Of a DNA stretch of 64,000 nt, positions 61,699-64,000 are shown piece by piece. This stretch comes from Eledone cirrhosa (Eukaryota): positions 147,002,001-147,066,000 of the forward strand of contig OZ024740.1 in the NCBI GenBank assembly GCA_964016885.1, written 5' to 3'. A program made the translations under genes and the position numbers. A model generated the notes under the pieces. That model had not been told where the DNA came from and searched no databases. It saw only the letters and a program-made list of their open reading frames with translations. Position 1 is the stretch's first letter, and every line of letters starts with the position of its first letter.

Positions 61699-64000
61699 TT
61701 ATCTCTAATTTTTTCCTTAGTTCGTTTATGCTTTGCCGTTCACGTATATTACTGTTACACATCCAGCGGAGCATGCAAGCTTCGTTCCTCTCTAGTCTGC
61801 GTATATCCTCTGCACACAATGCCCAGGTCTCACTACCATGCAACATTGCTGTTCGTATGCAGGCATCGTACAACCTGCCTTTCATTTTTAGGGAGAACCC
61901 TTTAGCAGCTAATAGTGGTATAAGCTCTCTGAACTTTTTCCAACCAGTTCTGACTCTAGCTACAGTACTTTCAGAGCACCCTCCCCCACTGCTGATTTTA
62001 TCGCCCAGGTAACGGAAGCTGTCCACTATTTCTATAGAACCCTCTGCGCAATTGAAAGAGCTAGTATTTGTGGGCACTTGCTGCTACTTATTGCACCAGA
62101 ACACCGGCCACATGTAAAGTCTATGTTCTTAGTTAGCTTACCTGTGATCCCACTACATCTTTTATGCACCCATACTTTGCATTTAGGACATAAGATGGAG
62201 TTTCTACCTACGCCTTTCCTACATACCGAGCACGACCATTTCCCAGAAGGGACCGCCGCCTTGTTTTCTTTCCTACAAACTAGAACTTTGGTCTTAGCCA
62301 GGTTAATTTTAAGTCCTTTTGACTCTAGGCCGTGCTTCCATGTTTGGAATTTCTTCTCTAGCTTGGCCATTGATTCCGCTATGAGTGTCAGGTCGTCTGC
62401 GTATAGGAGTTCCCATGGGCAGCCTGTCTTGAACTCCTCTGTTATAGCCTGAAGGGCAATAATAAATAGTAGGGGGCTGAGAACAGAGCCCTGACGGACG
62501 CCAACTTTTACGCTAAACTCTTCACTATATTCGTTGTTAATTCTAACCTTACTGACTGTTTCTTTATACATGGCTTGTATAGCCCTCACAAGCCATTCGT
62601 CAACGCCTAGTTTTCTAAGAGCCCACCAGATAATGGAGCGGGGGACTCTGTCGAAGGCTTTCTCCAGGTCGACAAAAGCTAAGTAGAGGGGTTTACCTTT
62701 AGCTAGGTACTTCTCCTGTAGTTGACGTACTATGAAAAGAGCGTCTGTGGTGCTTTTGCCTGACACAAACCCGAACTGCATTTCATCTAGATCAATTCTC
62801 TCTCTGATTAGTTGCGCTATTACTTTTTCCGTGACCTTCATGACCTGGTCGATTAATTTAATGCCTCTATAGTTACTCCTATCTAGGGCGTCTCCTTTAC
62901 CCTTATAACAGTTAACGATGATGCTGCTATGCCAGTCCTTCGGAACAACCCCATTCTGTACGACTTGGTTAACTATGCGGGTGACCATGGTGTGTCCCAC
63001 CGTGCCAGATGCCTTCAGCATCTCAGCAACTATTTCCGAAGGCCCAGCCGCCTTACCAGTCTTCATATCCTTGATTGCCTTACTTATTATACTCCCCTCG
63101 ACTAACACTGCTGGTCCCTCTATCGGGTCGATATGGGGGAGACTGTCTTTCTCCCATTTATTCTCCTCATTTAGTAGCCTTTCATAGTGACACTTCCAAG
63201 CTACCTTCTTATCAGTGTCGGTGATGGCAAGTATGCCATCATCGTTAAGTACACACTACTCCCCGACAATATCACGGTTTTCCTTGACGCATTGCCTGGC
63301 AATCCTGAACACCTCACGTTTTTGGTCATCGCGTTGTAGAACATGCTTGAACTTTCTTTCCTCAGCTTCCCTTCTTGCTAAGTACACTTCTCTCCTAGCT
63401 TCCCTCCTGGCCACTTGATAGTCTACTCTACTTCCCCCATCCCGCCATACTTTCCAAGCCTGCTTTTTGGCCTTAATTGACCCCTCCACCCTACTGTTCC
63501 ACCACCATGTTACTCTCCTCCTGCCTACAGGCCTGCTCCAGCCACAGACTTCGTCTGTCGCCAACAGCAGGTTTGCTTTCAGAAATTTCCACTGTCCCTC
63601 TATATTGTCCGATTCTAGATGCTCTTCCTTACTGTCGAAAGCATCAAGTAATATGCTTTGAAATTTATTTCTGGCTGTGGGGTCCTTTAGTTTCCATATT
63701 TTCCTCCTGAGGATAGTCCTCTTCTGCTGTCGGGTACGTCTCGTCCTGACTATGAGGTCGCTAATTATCAGTCTATGTTGGGAGGTGCATTCTTCATGGG
63801 GGAGGGATTTAGTGTTTACAACAGACACTCTGTCACGTCTTCTGGTAAGGATATAATCTACCTGGCTTGTGTGTTCCCCGGATCTATAGGTAATCAGGTG
63901 ATTGTCACGTTTTTTGAAGTTAGTGTTACAGATAGTTAGGTTATTTGCATCACAGTATTCCAGGATTCTGGAGCCTTCCTCATTTCTAGTACCAAACCCA
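61699..64000 (-). mobile_element. RTE family A copy running off the window, includes APE endonuclease C-terminus; 3' end missing
   Basis: GFGTRNEEGSRILEYC...NTNF...QVDYIL...SQHRL, then RT + PHD. One stop (63256) and one frameshift (~62068). Confidence 0.96.

Overview
This is eukaryotic, repeat-dominated DNA. The SINE/RTE repertoire suggests a mollusc, probably an octopod cephalopod (inference). Bases 1-18534 are one strand-asymmetric satellite of 6-bp units (GTCTCT/GTGTCT/GCGTCT) with ~1-kb and ~14-kb higher-order structure; the giant ORFs called there are artefacts of missing A. The ORF track misses a minus-strand spliced host gene. Eight GT-AG exons (48383 down to 24660, 811 nt) join in frame into an M12B/ADAMTS-like zinc metalloprotease (HEIGHSLNAKHD, Met-turn, Cys-rich domain). 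Its introns and flanks contain many RTE-clade LINE copies with a complete C4HC3 PHD finger inserted inside the reverse transcriptase, mostly piled into a (TA)n array at 49-59 kb. There are also two Penelope-like elements (one with an inverted arm and hammerhead-like motifs, one Naiad-like), a DD37D maT transposon, mariner/hAT/Helitron/CR1 remnants, piggyBac-type MITEs and two tRNA-derived SINE families. All family assignments come from motifs read by eye; no database search was run.
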